DNA of 32,000 bases from Candidatus Saccharimonadota bacterium (lineage in GTDB: Bacteria; Patescibacteriota; Gracilibacteria; BD1-5; UBA6164): contig OZ245768.1 of assembly GCA_965227835.1 (NCBI GenBank), forward strand, positions 900,001 to 932,000. Reading direction: 5' to 3'. This document shows, piece by piece, positions 1 through 10,453 of this stretch. The notes beneath the pieces were generated by a model, which worked only from the letters and a program-made list of their open reading frames with translations, made no database searches and had not been told where the DNA came from. Numbering within the stretch: position 1 is the first letter of the stretch; each line of letters starts with the position of its first letter. The position numbers and the translations under genes are program-made.

Positions 1-580
1 AACTTAGGAAAAAAAACATTTTGGATCATCATTTTTCATTATTTTTAGATTTTTCTTGTTCTAATGAATCCTCTTTTTTCTCAGAATTAAAATCAGATTT
101 ATAGTTTACAAATAAATCTTTTTCTTCTTCAAGTAAATTTTCTTCTTTTTTTTCAATATCAAGTTTATCACTTTTAATATTTGATTCTTCTTTTTCTAAA
201 ATTTCAGAATTAGTTAAATGAATTTCTTCTTTCTTTTCAAAATCAATTTTATCATTTTTAATATTTGGGATTTGATTATCTTTTATTTCTGAAGTATTAT
301 GTTTTGGTAAAGCTATACCATTTTGTGTTTGATTAATTTTAGTTTCTTGTTTCGATGATAAATCTGATTCTATATTTGATGTTTCTTGTATTTTTTGCTC
401 TGTTTTATTTTCCAAAGATTGTGATGATATATTTGGTAAATTTGAATTTTCATTTTCTTTTAAATTACTTTCATTTTGTACTTTTATAGCATCTGTTTTA
501 TTTTCTTCATCTTTTTTTCAAACATCTTTGCTCTTTTTTATAGAGGATATATTTAGTTTAAATCATTTTCCTTCTGCCAT
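1..580 (-). CDS. hypothetical Lys/Glu/Asn-rich low-complexity protein (3' end runs off the window)
   Basis: ATG at 580-578, in the same frame as track ORF 29..415. The TGA codons at 31-29 and 28-26 read Gly-Gly under table 25, and the frame stays open to the window edge. No recognisable domain. Confidence 0.5.
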
Positions 581-670
581 CTTTTGTTTGATAAAATATT
601 AAATACATTGTTATGATATAATATTTTGAGATTTTAGTCAAAATTTAGCTTTTCAAATTACAAAAAAGAT

Positions 671-698
671 TTGACTTTTTATTTTTTATTTGCAAAAT
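671..698 (+). promoter_or_regulatory. candidate sigma70-like promoter of cassette 1 (TTGACT-N16-CAAAAT)
   Basis: The -35 TTGACT is conserved in all three cassettes and recurs upstream of other genes in the window. The -10 is weak. Confidence 0.3.
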
Positions 699-741
699 CC
701 ATTTTAATGTTTTTCTAAATTTACTAAAAGAGGAGGATAAA

Positions 742-1212
742 ATGAAAACATTGAAAAATATATTTCTTACTTCAATACTACTAATCTTTAGCCTAAATGC
801 TAATGCTTCGGTAAATGATTATATTATTTCATCTTTGAAAAGCTATAGCTGGTATGAAAAGTTGGAAAATTATGGCAGAAAAAATAATGGAGAAAGAAAA
901 CTAGACTACTATATACGATTAAGTATCGTAAGATATCTTGAAGATATAGGTCTATATAATGCAGGAGACACAAAAAATTGTAATGATAGCTCTCGTAATA
1001 GTGTAGAAACTGATACATGTTATAAAGGTACTCTACAGCAAAATATGAATCTATCTAAAACTTTAAAAAATCCAGAAGTGCAAGATATTTTGGGTAAAGT
1101 AAGCTTTTACACAATAGTTAGTATTCAGGAAGGAGTGATGTTAGAACATATTTTAAGCAGACAACAGTTTGCAAGTTCTAACCGTTATAGTTATGTGATT
1201 GGACCTTATTAG
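742..1212 (+). CDS. small secreted protein, paralogue 1 (156 aa)
   Basis: AGGAGG sits 7 nt before the ATG. Sec-type signal MKTLKNIFLTSILLIFSLNANA/SVND. Conserved NC..D....TCY Cys pair. Ends TAG, with no in-frame TGA. Confidence 0.85.
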   Translation: MKTLKNIFLTSILLIFSLNANASVNDYIISSLKSYSWYEKLENYGRKNNGERKLDYYIRLSIVRYLEDIGLYNAGDTKNCNDSSRNSVETDTCYKGTLQQNMNLSKTLKNPEVQDILGKVSFYTIVSIQEGVMLEHILSRQQFASSNRYSYVIGPY

Positions 1213-1282
1213 ATACATAAAAAGTAAATCATAAACTGGATATGTAACTGAAGAAAAAAATTAGTTCCAAAGTAAGAAATAT

Positions 1283-1316
1283 AAAAACCGGTGAGCGAGG
1301 CTCACCGGTTTTTTAA
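1283..1316 (+). terminator. rho-independent terminator
   Basis: AACCGGTGAGC-GAG-GCTCACCGGTT (11-bp stem) followed by a T-run. Confidence 0.8.
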
Positions 1317-1336
1317 AAAAGAGTTTAAAAAAAGGT

Positions 1337-1364
1337 TTGACTTTTTATTTTTTATTTGCAAAAT
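1337..1364 (+). promoter_or_regulatory. candidate promoter of cassette 2 (TTGACT-N16-CAAAAT)
   Basis: Copy of the block at 671-698. Confidence 0.3.
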
Positions 1365-1407
1365 CCATTTTAATGTTTTTCTAAATTTACTAAAAGAGGA
1401 GGATAAA

Positions 1408-1866
1408 ATGAAAACATTGAAAAATATATTTCTTACTTCAATAATACTAACCTTTAGCCTAAATGCTAGTGCTTCAGTAAATGATGAAATGATTTCGTTG
1501 CTGAAAAAATATAAATGGTATGAAGATTTAAAAAGTTTTGAGAGAAATGTAAGTAAAATGAGTTTAGATTACCACATAAGGTTACGTATTGCAAAGTATC
1601 TTGAAAATGTAGGTTTATACGATGCGGGAAATACAGAAAATTGTACTGATACTGATAAACTTCCCTATCATAACAAAAAGATTGATACATGCTATACAGG
1701 AACCCCTGAACAAAACATTAATCTATTGAATACCTTGAAAGAAGCAGAAGTAAAGAAAAATTTGAGGCAAGTAGATGCTTACACCATAATAAATGGTGTT
1801 AATAATATATTCTTAGAAGATATGGAAAATAAAACATGGACTCAAATACAGCTAAAATGAAATTAG
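1408..1866 (+). CDS. small secreted protein, paralogue 2 (152 aa)
   Basis: The true start is the SD-preceded ATG at 1408 (MKTLKN...), not the GTG at 1291 inside the upstream terminator. The TGA at 1858-1860 reads Gly, so the real stop is TAG at 1864-1866. Confidence 0.85.
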
Positions 1867-1884
1867 CTCCAAAGTAAGAAATAT

Positions 1885-1918
1885 AAAAACCGGTGAGCGA
1901 TGCTCACCGGTTTTTTAA
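1885..1918 (+). terminator. rho-independent terminator
   Basis: Same 11-bp stem as at 1283-1316, with loop GAT and a T-run. Confidence 0.8.
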
Positions 1919-1938
1919 AAAAGAGTTTAAAAAAAGAT

Positions 1939-1966
1939 TTGACTTTTTATTTTTTATTTGCAAAAT
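1939..1966 (+). promoter_or_regulatory. candidate promoter of cassette 3 (TTGACT-N16-CAAAAT)
   Basis: Copy of the block at 671-698. Confidence 0.3.
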
Positions 1967-2009
1967 CCATTTTAATGTTTTTCTAAATTTACTAAAAGAG
2001 GAGGATAAA

Positions 2010-2486
2010 ATGAAAACATTGAAAAATATATTTCTTACTTCAATACTACTAACCTTTAGCCTAAATGCTAGTGCTTCAGTAAATGATGAAATGATTTCGT
2101 TGCTGAAAAAATATGAATGGTATGAAGATTTAAAAAGTTACGAGGAGAATATTCGTAGTGAATCTATACTAGAATATCATATAAGATTTAGTGTTGCAAA
2201 GTATCTTGAAAATGTAGATTTGTATGATGCAGGAGACACAAAAAATTGTACTGACACTGATGATTTTCCCTATCATAACAAGAATATTAACACATGTTAT
2301 AATGGTACATATTCACAAAATTTCGGTCTATTAAATGCCTTAAAAACTCCAGAGGTAAAAAGACATTTGGGAGGAATAAATGCATACATAATAGTAAATG
2401 GAATTGATGATGTATTTTTAAAATACATGGAAAGTAATGCTTGGACCAGGGATATAGCCGAAAGAATGAAATTAGTTCCAAAGTAA
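2010..2486 (+). CDS. small secreted protein, paralogue 3 (158 aa)
   Basis: SD-preceded ATG at 2010, the same signal peptide and Cys pair, ends TAA. Confidence 0.85.
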   Translation: MKTLKNIFLTSILLTFSLNASASVNDEMISLLKKYEWYEDLKSYEENIRSESILEYHIRFSVAKYLENVDLYDAGDTKNCTDTDDFPYHNKNINTCYNGTYSQNFGLLNALKTPEVKRHLGGINAYIIVNGIDDVFLKYMESNAWTRDIAERMKLVPK

Positions 2487-2493
2487 GAAATAC

Positions 2494-2527
2494 AAAAACC
2501 GGTGAGCGAGGCTCACCGGTTTTTTAA
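2494..2527 (+). terminator. rho-independent terminator
   Basis: Same hairpin (loop GAG) and T-run. Confidence 0.8.
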
Positions 2528-2568
2528 AAGAAATTTCTTGATTAAATTTAAAAAGCAAAACATCAAGT

Positions 2569-2596
2569 TTGACACACAATAAAACATCATTATTAT
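2569..2596 (+). promoter_or_regulatory. near-consensus promoter TTGACA-N16-TATTAT
   Basis: TTGACA at 2569-2574 and TATTAT at 2591-2596. It would give a ~170-nt leader before the ATG at 2774. Confidence 0.45.
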
Positions 2597-2679
2597 GAAG
2601 TCATTACATGATAGAGATATTCTTTATTATTTGATGAAAATATCGTCAAACTAATTGAAGTTTATACGATTATGTTGGG

Positions 2680-2754
2680 GTTAATCCTATAACAATGGTA
2701 GATCTTGAAGTGTTATAGGGTTAACTTCGCAAAATATTAGTGCAAGATCTACCA
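2680..2754 (+). other. interleaved inverted repeats (A-B-A'-B') in the leader of the CHC2 gene; candidate structured cis-regulatory RNA
   Basis: A is GTTAATCCTATAACA (2680-2694) and pairs with TGTTATAGGGTTAAC (2711-2725): 15 bp with one G:U. The loop sequence TGGTAGATCTTG (2696-2707) is perfectly complementary to CAAGATCTACCA (2743-2754). Confidence 0.5.
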
Positions 2755-2773
2755 GTAAACTTATTTTAAAGTT

Positions 2774-3544
2774 ATGAATAAAAATAAAATACATACAATC
2801 CATAATCTTGGAATAAGAAAAGAAATAGGAAGAAGCTTAAAAGCTTCTTCTATTGATTTAATACGAGCTAAATGAGACATAATAAAGGTTATGAAATCTC
2901 TATGATTTAAATCTAAAAATTCATTTAAACCTAAAATAGTATATAGAAAAATTGATATAGACAGGAGTATGTATTTTAATTGTGTATTTCATAATGAAAG
3001 AACAGATTCGTTGATATTGGTAAAAAGAAATGACGGAGATGATTTCTATTATTGTTTTTGATGTGGTACAAGCTGAAGTATAATTGATTTAGTTATGGAA
3101 ATCACAGGAAAAAATATCATACAAACTTTATTTTATATAAAAAATGTATGCAGGATAAAAGAAAAAATAGAGTTTGAAAATTTTGAAATCATTTATGAAT
3201 TACCACCAGAAATGAATCACAGGCAATACTTAGATTATTTTCAAACATGTATGCCAGAAAGGGAAAATAATTATAGTGAATATATAAAATATTGTAATTT
3301 AACAAAAAGTAGTATAAAAGAATATTATCATGAAGAAGAAAAAATAGAAAATAATTATATAGACTATGATATAGAAATGGTAAAAAATAATTTAGACGAA
3401 CAAGATGAAGATGAATGATATGAATTTGATTTTTTTTGAGAATATTCTTATTTTGATAGATGAAAAAAATCAAATTATGATATATATGTCAAAGAAATGG
3501 CAGAAAATATTTTAAAGAGAGGTTGAGAATATACTAACCCCTAA
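2774..3544 (+). CDS. CHC2 (DnaG-type) zinc-finger domain protein, 256 aa, no TOPRIM domain
   Basis: FNCVFHNERTDSLILVKRNDGDDFYYCFGCGTSGSIIDLV, with both Gly of CFGCG..G encoded by TGA. Acidic C-terminal half. In frame with track ORF 3095..3418. Ends TAA at 3542-3544. Confidence 0.8.
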
Positions 3545-3574
3545 TTTTAACCAAAAAACCTTTATATAAAAATT

Positions 3575-4084
3575 ATGGAAAAAATAGAAGTACATACTTA
3601 TAAAACAAAAATTTGAGAAATATTTGTGTCATCTTTCAAGTGAAAGATATGTATGTTTAATTTCAAAAAAAACAAGAGAACAAATACATATATAAATAGA
3701 TTAAAAACTGAACTAAAAACAGATATAGTAGAAAAAGAAAATAGCATAATAATAAAAGCAAAAGAAGAATTTGAACAGTATATATCCTGAAATAGAAAAG
3801 ATTTTAGTTTACCAATTTTCACAATTTGAAGTAGTTTTCAAAAAAAAGTTTGGGAAAATATATGAAAGATAAAATATGGGGAAAAAATATCATATTTAGA
3901 TTTGGCAAAGAAAATAAATAACAAAAAAGCCATAAGGGCAGTAGGTACTGCTTGTTGAGCAAATCCTATCATTGTAATGATACCTTGTCATAGAATAATA
4001 TGAAGCAGTTGATGACTATGAGGATACAGCTGATGATTAGAAATAAAAAAATTACTACTAGATTTAGAAGAAAGTAAAAAATAG
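3575..4084 (+). CDS. ogt: methylated-DNA--protein-cysteine methyltransferase (169 aa)
   Basis: AIRAVGTACGANPIIVMIPCHRIIGSSGGLGGYSGGLEIKKLLLDLE contains the canonical PCHR active site. Several of its invariant Gly residues are TGA. Confidence 0.92.
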
Positions 4085-4121
4085 AAATTTTGTTATACTT
4101 TCCATTATATTCTGTTCTATC

Positions 4122-4188
4122 CCCTCTCCTATAGGAAGGAGAGGGTTAGGGTGAGGTCTGTTCGGAGAGAGGCTGGGGATGAGGTTTG
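4122..4188 (+). repeat. GC-rich non-coding element: 9-bp hairpin plus two 21-nt imperfect direct repeats
   Basis: CCCTCTCCT (4122-4130) pairs with AGGAGAGGG (4137-4145). AGAGGGTTAGGGTGAGGTCTG (4140-4160) and AGAGGCTGGGGATGAGGTTTG (4168-4188) match at 16/21 positions. Confidence 0.5.
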
Positions 4189-4375
4189 ATTAGGCTAGAA
4201 GTTTGGTCTAGAAGTGAGATATGTTTGAGTTTGAGATAAAAAGAACTAAAATCCTCTGGTCAAAAAATTAAAATAAATTTAGAAAAAAGTTGCTCCAAGA
4301 CACAAAATTTGAAAAAAGTTATTATTTCTTTAAAATATATAAAAAGTGGGAGTTTAAATTCTAATTTTTAAAAAA

Positions 4376-5806
4376 ATGCCTAGATGAAGAAATAGTAGTA
4401 TATCAAAAGTATTAAAGGATTATTCAGTAGCTTTTATATGATTATTTTTGATAATAGTACTTATATATAGCTTCTTTTTTTCATGAGGAAATGAAGTTTA
4501 TAATGAAGCAGAAATAGAAAATAATTCCAGTTTAAATCAAGCACAGATATTTTTATCAGATGAAAATTCAGTTGCTTATATAATTTTTGAAAGCTGAAAA
4601 AAAGTCGAGATAAAAGATTCTATATATTTGAATAAATCTGAAAGAGTATCTGTAGAATCATGAAATGTAGATATAAGTTTTCCTTTGGAGGCAAATATGA
4701 AATTATCAGAAAATTGAGATTTTAGCTACAAACAAGATTGAAGTTTCTTTTTAGATTCTGGAGATGTATGGATAGAGGCACTTAAAGATATAAATGTTTC
4801 TATGAAGTATTGAGATGTTTATTTTTCTTCGGACTCTGTTTGAAACTTAAAACAAAACGAAATAGAAACAGGAGTATATTCTATATCTTGAAATATAGAA
4901 GTATCAAATCTAGCTTGAATATCAACTGATTTAGAAAATTGATATAAGATAGATATTAGAAATAATGTAGCTTCTTCAAATGATGTAGATCTAAATTCTT
5001 TGAAAGAGGAGATAGATGATTATTTTAGACTTTCTTCATGGTTCAAGTTAAATTGATGACCAGAGTTATTGAAAGATGTAGAAACAAATACTTGAAGTTT
5101 AATGGAACTCGATACTTCATCTCTAATAAATTTTGATAATGTAAAAGATGAGGGTTATGCAGATTCTAATCCTATAGATTTAAAATGAAGATTTAGTCCA
5201 AACAAGGTATGAAAGATAACCATAAATTCAAAAGAGGTGAAAATGGATAAAGACTTGGGGATATTTTGACTTCAAGGTTTGACTTTGAGTAAACAAACAA
5301 ATGATTTTGTAGTCAAAATATTTGATCAAGAGAATAATATATTGGCAAAAAAGGTTTTAACTCTTTATTCAAATTCACCAATAGGTGGAAATGGTTTGAA
5401 TAACAACTCTTCGGCTTGATTGGAAAACTATTCTGTTAATCAATCAGATTTTGTAATATATGAGCCAACAACTACTTGAAAACTTACAACGACAAGTTCC
5501 AGAGTTACTATTAGGGGTAAGGTTTCAAACAAGGATGTAGCTAGTGTTAGGGTAAATGATTATACTTTGAAGTCTTATAATGGTTCAACCTGGAGGTATC
5601 ATGCTTTTGTAGAACAAGATACTTTGAAAGATTGAGCAAATAATTATGAGATAGAATATTTAAATAGTAAATGAGAGGTTATATATAAAGAGTATTTTTC
5701 AATTTTTAAGAGGAAGCCTTGAAGTATAGTTCCAGTGAGTAGCTGAAATATAGGGAGTCAAGATAAAGGGGTTGATTTGATGAGTTGAGAGGTAGAGATT
5801 GAATAG
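4376..5806 (+). CDS. membrane-anchored hypothetical protein (476 aa)
   Basis: Open for 477 codons under table 25 with many in-frame TGA. Ends TAG at 5804-5806. N-terminal hydrophobic helix (VAFIGLFLIIVLIYSFFF) followed by a Ser/Asn/Asp-rich domain. No family recognised. Confidence 0.75.
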
Positions 5807-5813
5807 GGGGAGT

Positions 5814-5837
5814 AAAAAAAGGCTAAAGCCTTTTTTT
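5814..5837. terminator. bidirectional terminator between convergent genes
   Basis: AAAAAAAGGC-TAAA-GCCTTTTTTT, with an A-run and a T-run on either side. Confidence 0.5.
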
Positions 5838-6008
5838 GTTTGTAGTTAAAGTCAGTTATATTCCAGAGGTAAAGCAAAAAGTTCAACCAATTTATTCAGC
5901 ATAGACCAATATCAAAGAGTACTATTTTGTTTTGAATTCAAACTAAATCTCATCATCATAGGACTTAAAGTTTTTGTGGTTCAATAGCTTCAATTTTTTT
6001 ACTTTTTT

Positions 6009-6740
6009 TTATAAATATCTTCATTTAGAACAATATTTATTCTCAGAAATATATCAAAACATTTGTTTAGTTCTATCTTGAAAAGTTCAATCTCACATAA
6101 GTTTTTCTGCCTTTTCTCAAATTATTTTTCATATTTCTTTTTTTCAATCTGGTCTTGTTAATATATAATATTGTCTTATTTCCTTAATTGGTCTGTCCTC
6201 AGTATTCATATAATATTCAACTTCTCAACACCAAATTTCAGTTTTAATATTTTTTAATTTTTCTCATGAATCCCAAGTGCTTATCAACTTTTCTCAATCT
6301 TTTAGTTTTATTGTCAAATATCTTTTTTTATTTCAAACCCAATTTGTGAATCATTTTACATCAAACATAGTACATTGAAGAGTTGATATAAATGAACAAG
6401 CATTTTGATAATCTCATTTATTTAGAAAATCTATATATTTTTCAATTATTTCTCATCAATTAAGCTTTTGAGTACTAATATCTTGAGGATTATAGATATT
6501 TTTATAACTATATTTTAATTCATCTATATTTTGTGTTAAAGAATTTACATTAGCCAATATACTAGATATTGGAATTATCAATGTATATAGTCAGATTAAT
6601 AATCATAATGCTGAAGATAATAAAGCTATTAAAACATACCAATTTTTATTTTGGAACTTAACATCTTTATCTAAATTACTTTTAAAAAATTCAAATTTTA
6701 ATTTTAAAAATAATAATATTTTAACAACATTTTTGTTCAT
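6009..6740 (-). CDS. single-pass membrane protein, hypothetical (243 aa), last gene of the defence-like operon
   Basis: Checked codon by codon: no TAA/TAG in frame between ATG 6740-6738 and TAA 6011-6009. TM helix WYVLIALLSSALGLLIGLYTLIIPISSIL. The start is 20 nt downstream of the MTase stop. Confidence 0.7.
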
Positions 6741-6760
6741 ATATCTTTTAAAAAACTAAA

Positions 6761-9700
6761 CTACCTCAAACTCTCTTCAACAATCTTTATTTCTTCCTCA
6801 CTCAATCCATACAATTCATAAACCATTTCATCAATCTCTTTTTCAAGTTCTAACTGTCTTGCAGGAGGATTTTTAGAATCATAAAATGATTGTTTTGTAA
6901 TCTCTAAAATTTGATCTGCTTTTTCAATAAAAGGTTTTTGTTTTTCTTCTGAAATTTCTTTAATAGGTACATTTGAGATAGGTGTAGCATACATTTCTAA
7001 CATATCTCATTTTCTTTTTCATCTATTATAAAGCCAAAAATAATATAATTTAGAATTTAATAATGATAATATATAATATAAATCATATGTATCATCTTTC
7101 TGTAATATATATCATAGATCTTTTGATCAATAAAATCTCTCATTAGAATAACTAAATATATTTTTTTTATTTCTGTATGGAAATACTATCTTTTCTCAAT
7201 TAAAATATTCTTCTTTCTTAGGAGTAAATAACACAAAATAGTTTCAATTTTTAAACCATTTTTCTACAATAGATTTAGCTATTTCATTTTTCAAGAAATT
7301 TTCTTTTAACTTTGTAATTAAAAACTTATGTTTTTCAAAGTGCTTATTTAAATCTTCAGGCAAAATTATTGGTTTTCAATTATCTTTTATATATATAAGA
7401 AATAAACTATTATTATTTGGCACATAATACCTAGAAATATCTGAATTTTTATAAAATGGTTTTATATATTCATTTTTAGTGGACTCTGATAATTGCAAAG
7501 ATTCTAATTCTGTATTATTTATAACATATACTCAATCTCATTTTTTTACTCCTTCTAATTTAAATTTTTTAATATGAGCATCTGATATTTTATCAGATAA
7601 TGATACTATTCACATAGAAACATCACAAATTTCTTTTATTAATTTACTTCACTTTATAATTTTATTTAGAATTAAATTATTAATATCTCAATTATCATTT
7701 CAGTCTAACCTAATATATAAACTATTACCATCATATAAATCTTTTTGTGTTATTGCTGTATACTTTGTGTTATTATTTTTTCAATCAAATATTTCACTTA
7801 ATAGGACTCAAAGATTTGATCAAAATGATCATTTTTCTTGTGTACTTATATTTAATGATTTTTTAAATGGTTTATATCACTTTTCAATAAAAGAAATAAT
7901 ATTATGCTGTCATTTTGCATTTTCAAATATATTTAACTCATTAAAATTAATCAATTTAACAATAGAAGATCTTTCATTCAAATCTTTTCTTAAATTTATT
8001 CAACCATCAGCTGTTATATAATAATTAGTCGTTATAAAAGAAAGTATTCCTTCTTCTTTTAATAAATCTAATCAAATATGAAAGAAAAAGTAAAATATAT
8101 CCATCCATCTTGTATAAAATCTTTTTCAAAAATTTGTTTTAAATATATCTTGGAAAATTTTCTCATTTCATTTTTCTCAAATATATGGAGGGTTTCATAT
8201 AACAATATCAAATTTACTATTTCACATCATCAAACTAGGATCAAAGAATTCTGCTGAATGATTTGAATTAAAAGGCTCATATGTTTCTAATTGTTTCGTT
8301 CTTTCTGACTTTGTATTATACATATCAAGAACCAAGTTCTTTCAGATTCATAGAAATTTCTCTATTCTTATTTTAGAGTCCTCTTTATCTTTAATTCAAT
8401 TTGCATTATAATATGAATTCATATATTTCCTCAATGTTTCCACATTTAATTCTTTAATTCATTCAAAATTCAAACTTGCCTGTTGTTTTTCTCATGCTAA
8501 TGGTATCAAAGTATTCGCACATACAAATTTAAACTCAAAATTTGGAAGTGGTTCTGGAGTTTCTTCATCTACTACTAGAGATAACCAAAACCTAAGCCTT
8601 GCAATATCTATTGCACCAGCAGAAATATCTACTCAGTAAATATTATTCCCAATAATATCTCTTTTTATCTTATACATTGAAATTTTTCCTTGATCATTTT
8701 TAAATTCAGCACTATTCATACCAAAAGTCTCATAAATATAATATCTGATAGTGCTTATCTCATGTAAAATCCCCATAGGAAAAGCACCTGATCAGATAGC
8801 TGGATCAAGTATTTTTACTTTTTGAAGTTTTTCATCTACTTCTTCTATGATATTTGCTAGAGTTTCAAATACTTCTTCTGTGATATCTTCTTTTGTAACT
8901 AAGAATTTTTCTTTCAAATCAAATAAAAATCTGATCTTTCTTTCATTTTCTTCTTTTTTTCCTTTGAGGTTATTCAACAGATATGAAATGATACTTTCCT
9001 TTGTCATGTAGTGAACAATCTCTCTCGGGGTGTAAAAAGCCCCAAATTTCTTGTTTAATTCTTTATCTATTTCTATTTTTTTCTTACTTTCGTATATATT
9101 TACTATTTCATCTATGTTTTCAGGACTTATAGAGATCATTTTTTCAAAGATTCTCCCAAGCATTTCAGGATCAACTGCTATATCACTATCATATAAATCA
9201 TCTTCATCTATCGTAAAATTATACAGATCAAAAGTATCTAAAATACCATCTTTGTTTTTATTTGAAAAAATGTCATTTGAGATTTTTGATACATTATCTC
9301 TCCATCATTTATAATCTTCTTTAAAAAGTCATCCATTTAAAAATGGGACTTTCTGATTGAAATATTCATTAAAATCATCATTATCTGTATTATCTTTGTT
9401 TAATCATGCAAAAAACAACCATTCTAAGTAATCATTATAAAAATAACCATGTTTTTCTAGAATAGTTTTTTCTCATGATGTGAAATCATTCCACATATTT
9501 CTCATGAAGTTTTTATCTCAATCTTCTCAGTATTTTCAATCTCTATCTACTCATAACCATCATTTCTTTTGAATAAAATATAAAAATACTATTTTTCAAA
9601 GTAAATTCTTTGTAAAACTTACTATTTCTATTTTTTGAGAATTTAATAGTTTTATAAAATCACTATCATCTGTAATCGCTTTATAAAGTCTGATATAAAG

Positions 9701-10222
9701 AGTAAGATAGTCATTGAAAAACTCTTTTCTTACTACTTCTACATCAAATCTTGATACTAGATCTTCAAAATCACTTACAGTTTTATCCAAATATTTCTCT
9801 GGAGTTTTGGTTTTTTCTCACTCTCATAGCAAAAAACTATATCTTTTAGGATTTGAAGTTTGAGTTTCTCACCATGATTTTTTTAGAGTCAGGAGTGATA
9901 ATCTCCAAGAAGGGCTATGATCACTATAAAATACTATAAGTGCATTTTCTACTCACTTACTCTCCATAATCTTGAAAGCATCTCTTGTAAGAGTAATTCT
10001 TGGATCATTTTTTGATCTCTGCTTGATTTCAAAAATACTTACTTCTTTATCCAAAATGATTTTTCATAACTCAAAGCAACTATCCTTTTCAAAAAACACC
10101 GTTTTTCTATCAATTTGGATTAGTTTGATATCTTCATCAAAATTATCTCCAAATAATCTTACTCTTAGATAATTTAAAAAATCTCTTCTATTTTCTAAAT
10201 TATATGCTTTATTAAATATCAT
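6761..10222 (-). CDS. type IIG restriction endonuclease / gamma-class N6-adenine DNA methyltransferase fusion (1153 aa)
   Basis: Track ORFs 6761..7003, 8792..9163 and 9596..9790 share one frame and join when TGA = Gly. N-terminal candidate PD-(D/E)xK motif (ILDKEVSIFEIKQ). Also VPFLNGGLF, FGAFYTPREIV (motif X), LDPAIGSGAF (motif I), YGVDI, RLRFWLSLV, IGNPPYIG (motif IV), RGKRKGDMLEMYATPISNVPI and a C-terminal YGLSEEEIKIVE. Confidence 0.92.
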
Positions 10223-10234
10223 TTACTCTTAAAA

Positions 10235-10453
10235 TTACATACTAATTACATATTACTTTGGCTTAAGATAAGGAAAATTATTTTAATAAAAGTCTTTCAG
10301 TTACATACCGGTTACATAGATTATGCCCAATATGGAACATATATTACACTTATTGTGTTTAAAATTCTATATTGTGTTAATTTTTTTCGCTATTTGGTGG
10401 TTATATTATATTAAATATACATCTTTTATTGTGTTTAGAATTCTTTATTGTGT
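10235..10453 (-). promoter_or_regulatory. repeat-dense upstream region of the type IIG gene (4x TTACATA, 4x TATTGTGT)
   Basis: TTACATA at 10235, 10246, 10301 and 10312, as pairs spaced 11 bp. TATTGTGT at 10351, 10370, 10427 and 10446, as pairs spaced 19 bp within two 28-nt direct repeats (10350-10377 and 10427-10454). Confidence 0.4.

Larger units (their letters stand above)
662..2527 (+). repeat. three head-to-tail copies of a promoter/SD/signal-peptide ORF/terminator gene cassette
   Basis: ATG-to-ATG spacing is 666 and 602 bp. The upstream block (..TTTGACTTTTTATTTTTTATTTGCAAAATCCATTTTAATGTTTTTCTAAATTTACTAAAAGAGGAGGATAAAATG), the first ~25 codons and the terminator hairpin are near-identical in all three copies. 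The mature coding parts are diverged. Confidence 0.9.

Noticed and set aside
1291-2009. N-terminal extensions (MSEAHRFFKKEF... / MSDAHRFF...) of secreted-protein paralogues 2 and 3 given by the track
   Set aside because: They start at a GTG inside the upstream terminator hairpin and read through promoter-like DNA. The SD-preceded ATG (MKTLKN) matches the start of paralogue 1.
2595-2654. 19-codon leader peptide ORF (MKSLHDRDILYYLMKISSN) upstream of the structured leader
   Set aside because: Its ATG overlaps the predicted -10 hexamer, so it would not be on the transcript from that promoter. It also lacks an SD.
4143-4152. GGGTTAGGGT resembling telomeric TTAGGG repeats or a G-quadruplex
   Set aside because: Only two adjacent G3 runs are present, and the next G-run is about 25 nt away. 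It is most simply part of the G-rich direct repeat, and the resemblance is coincidental.
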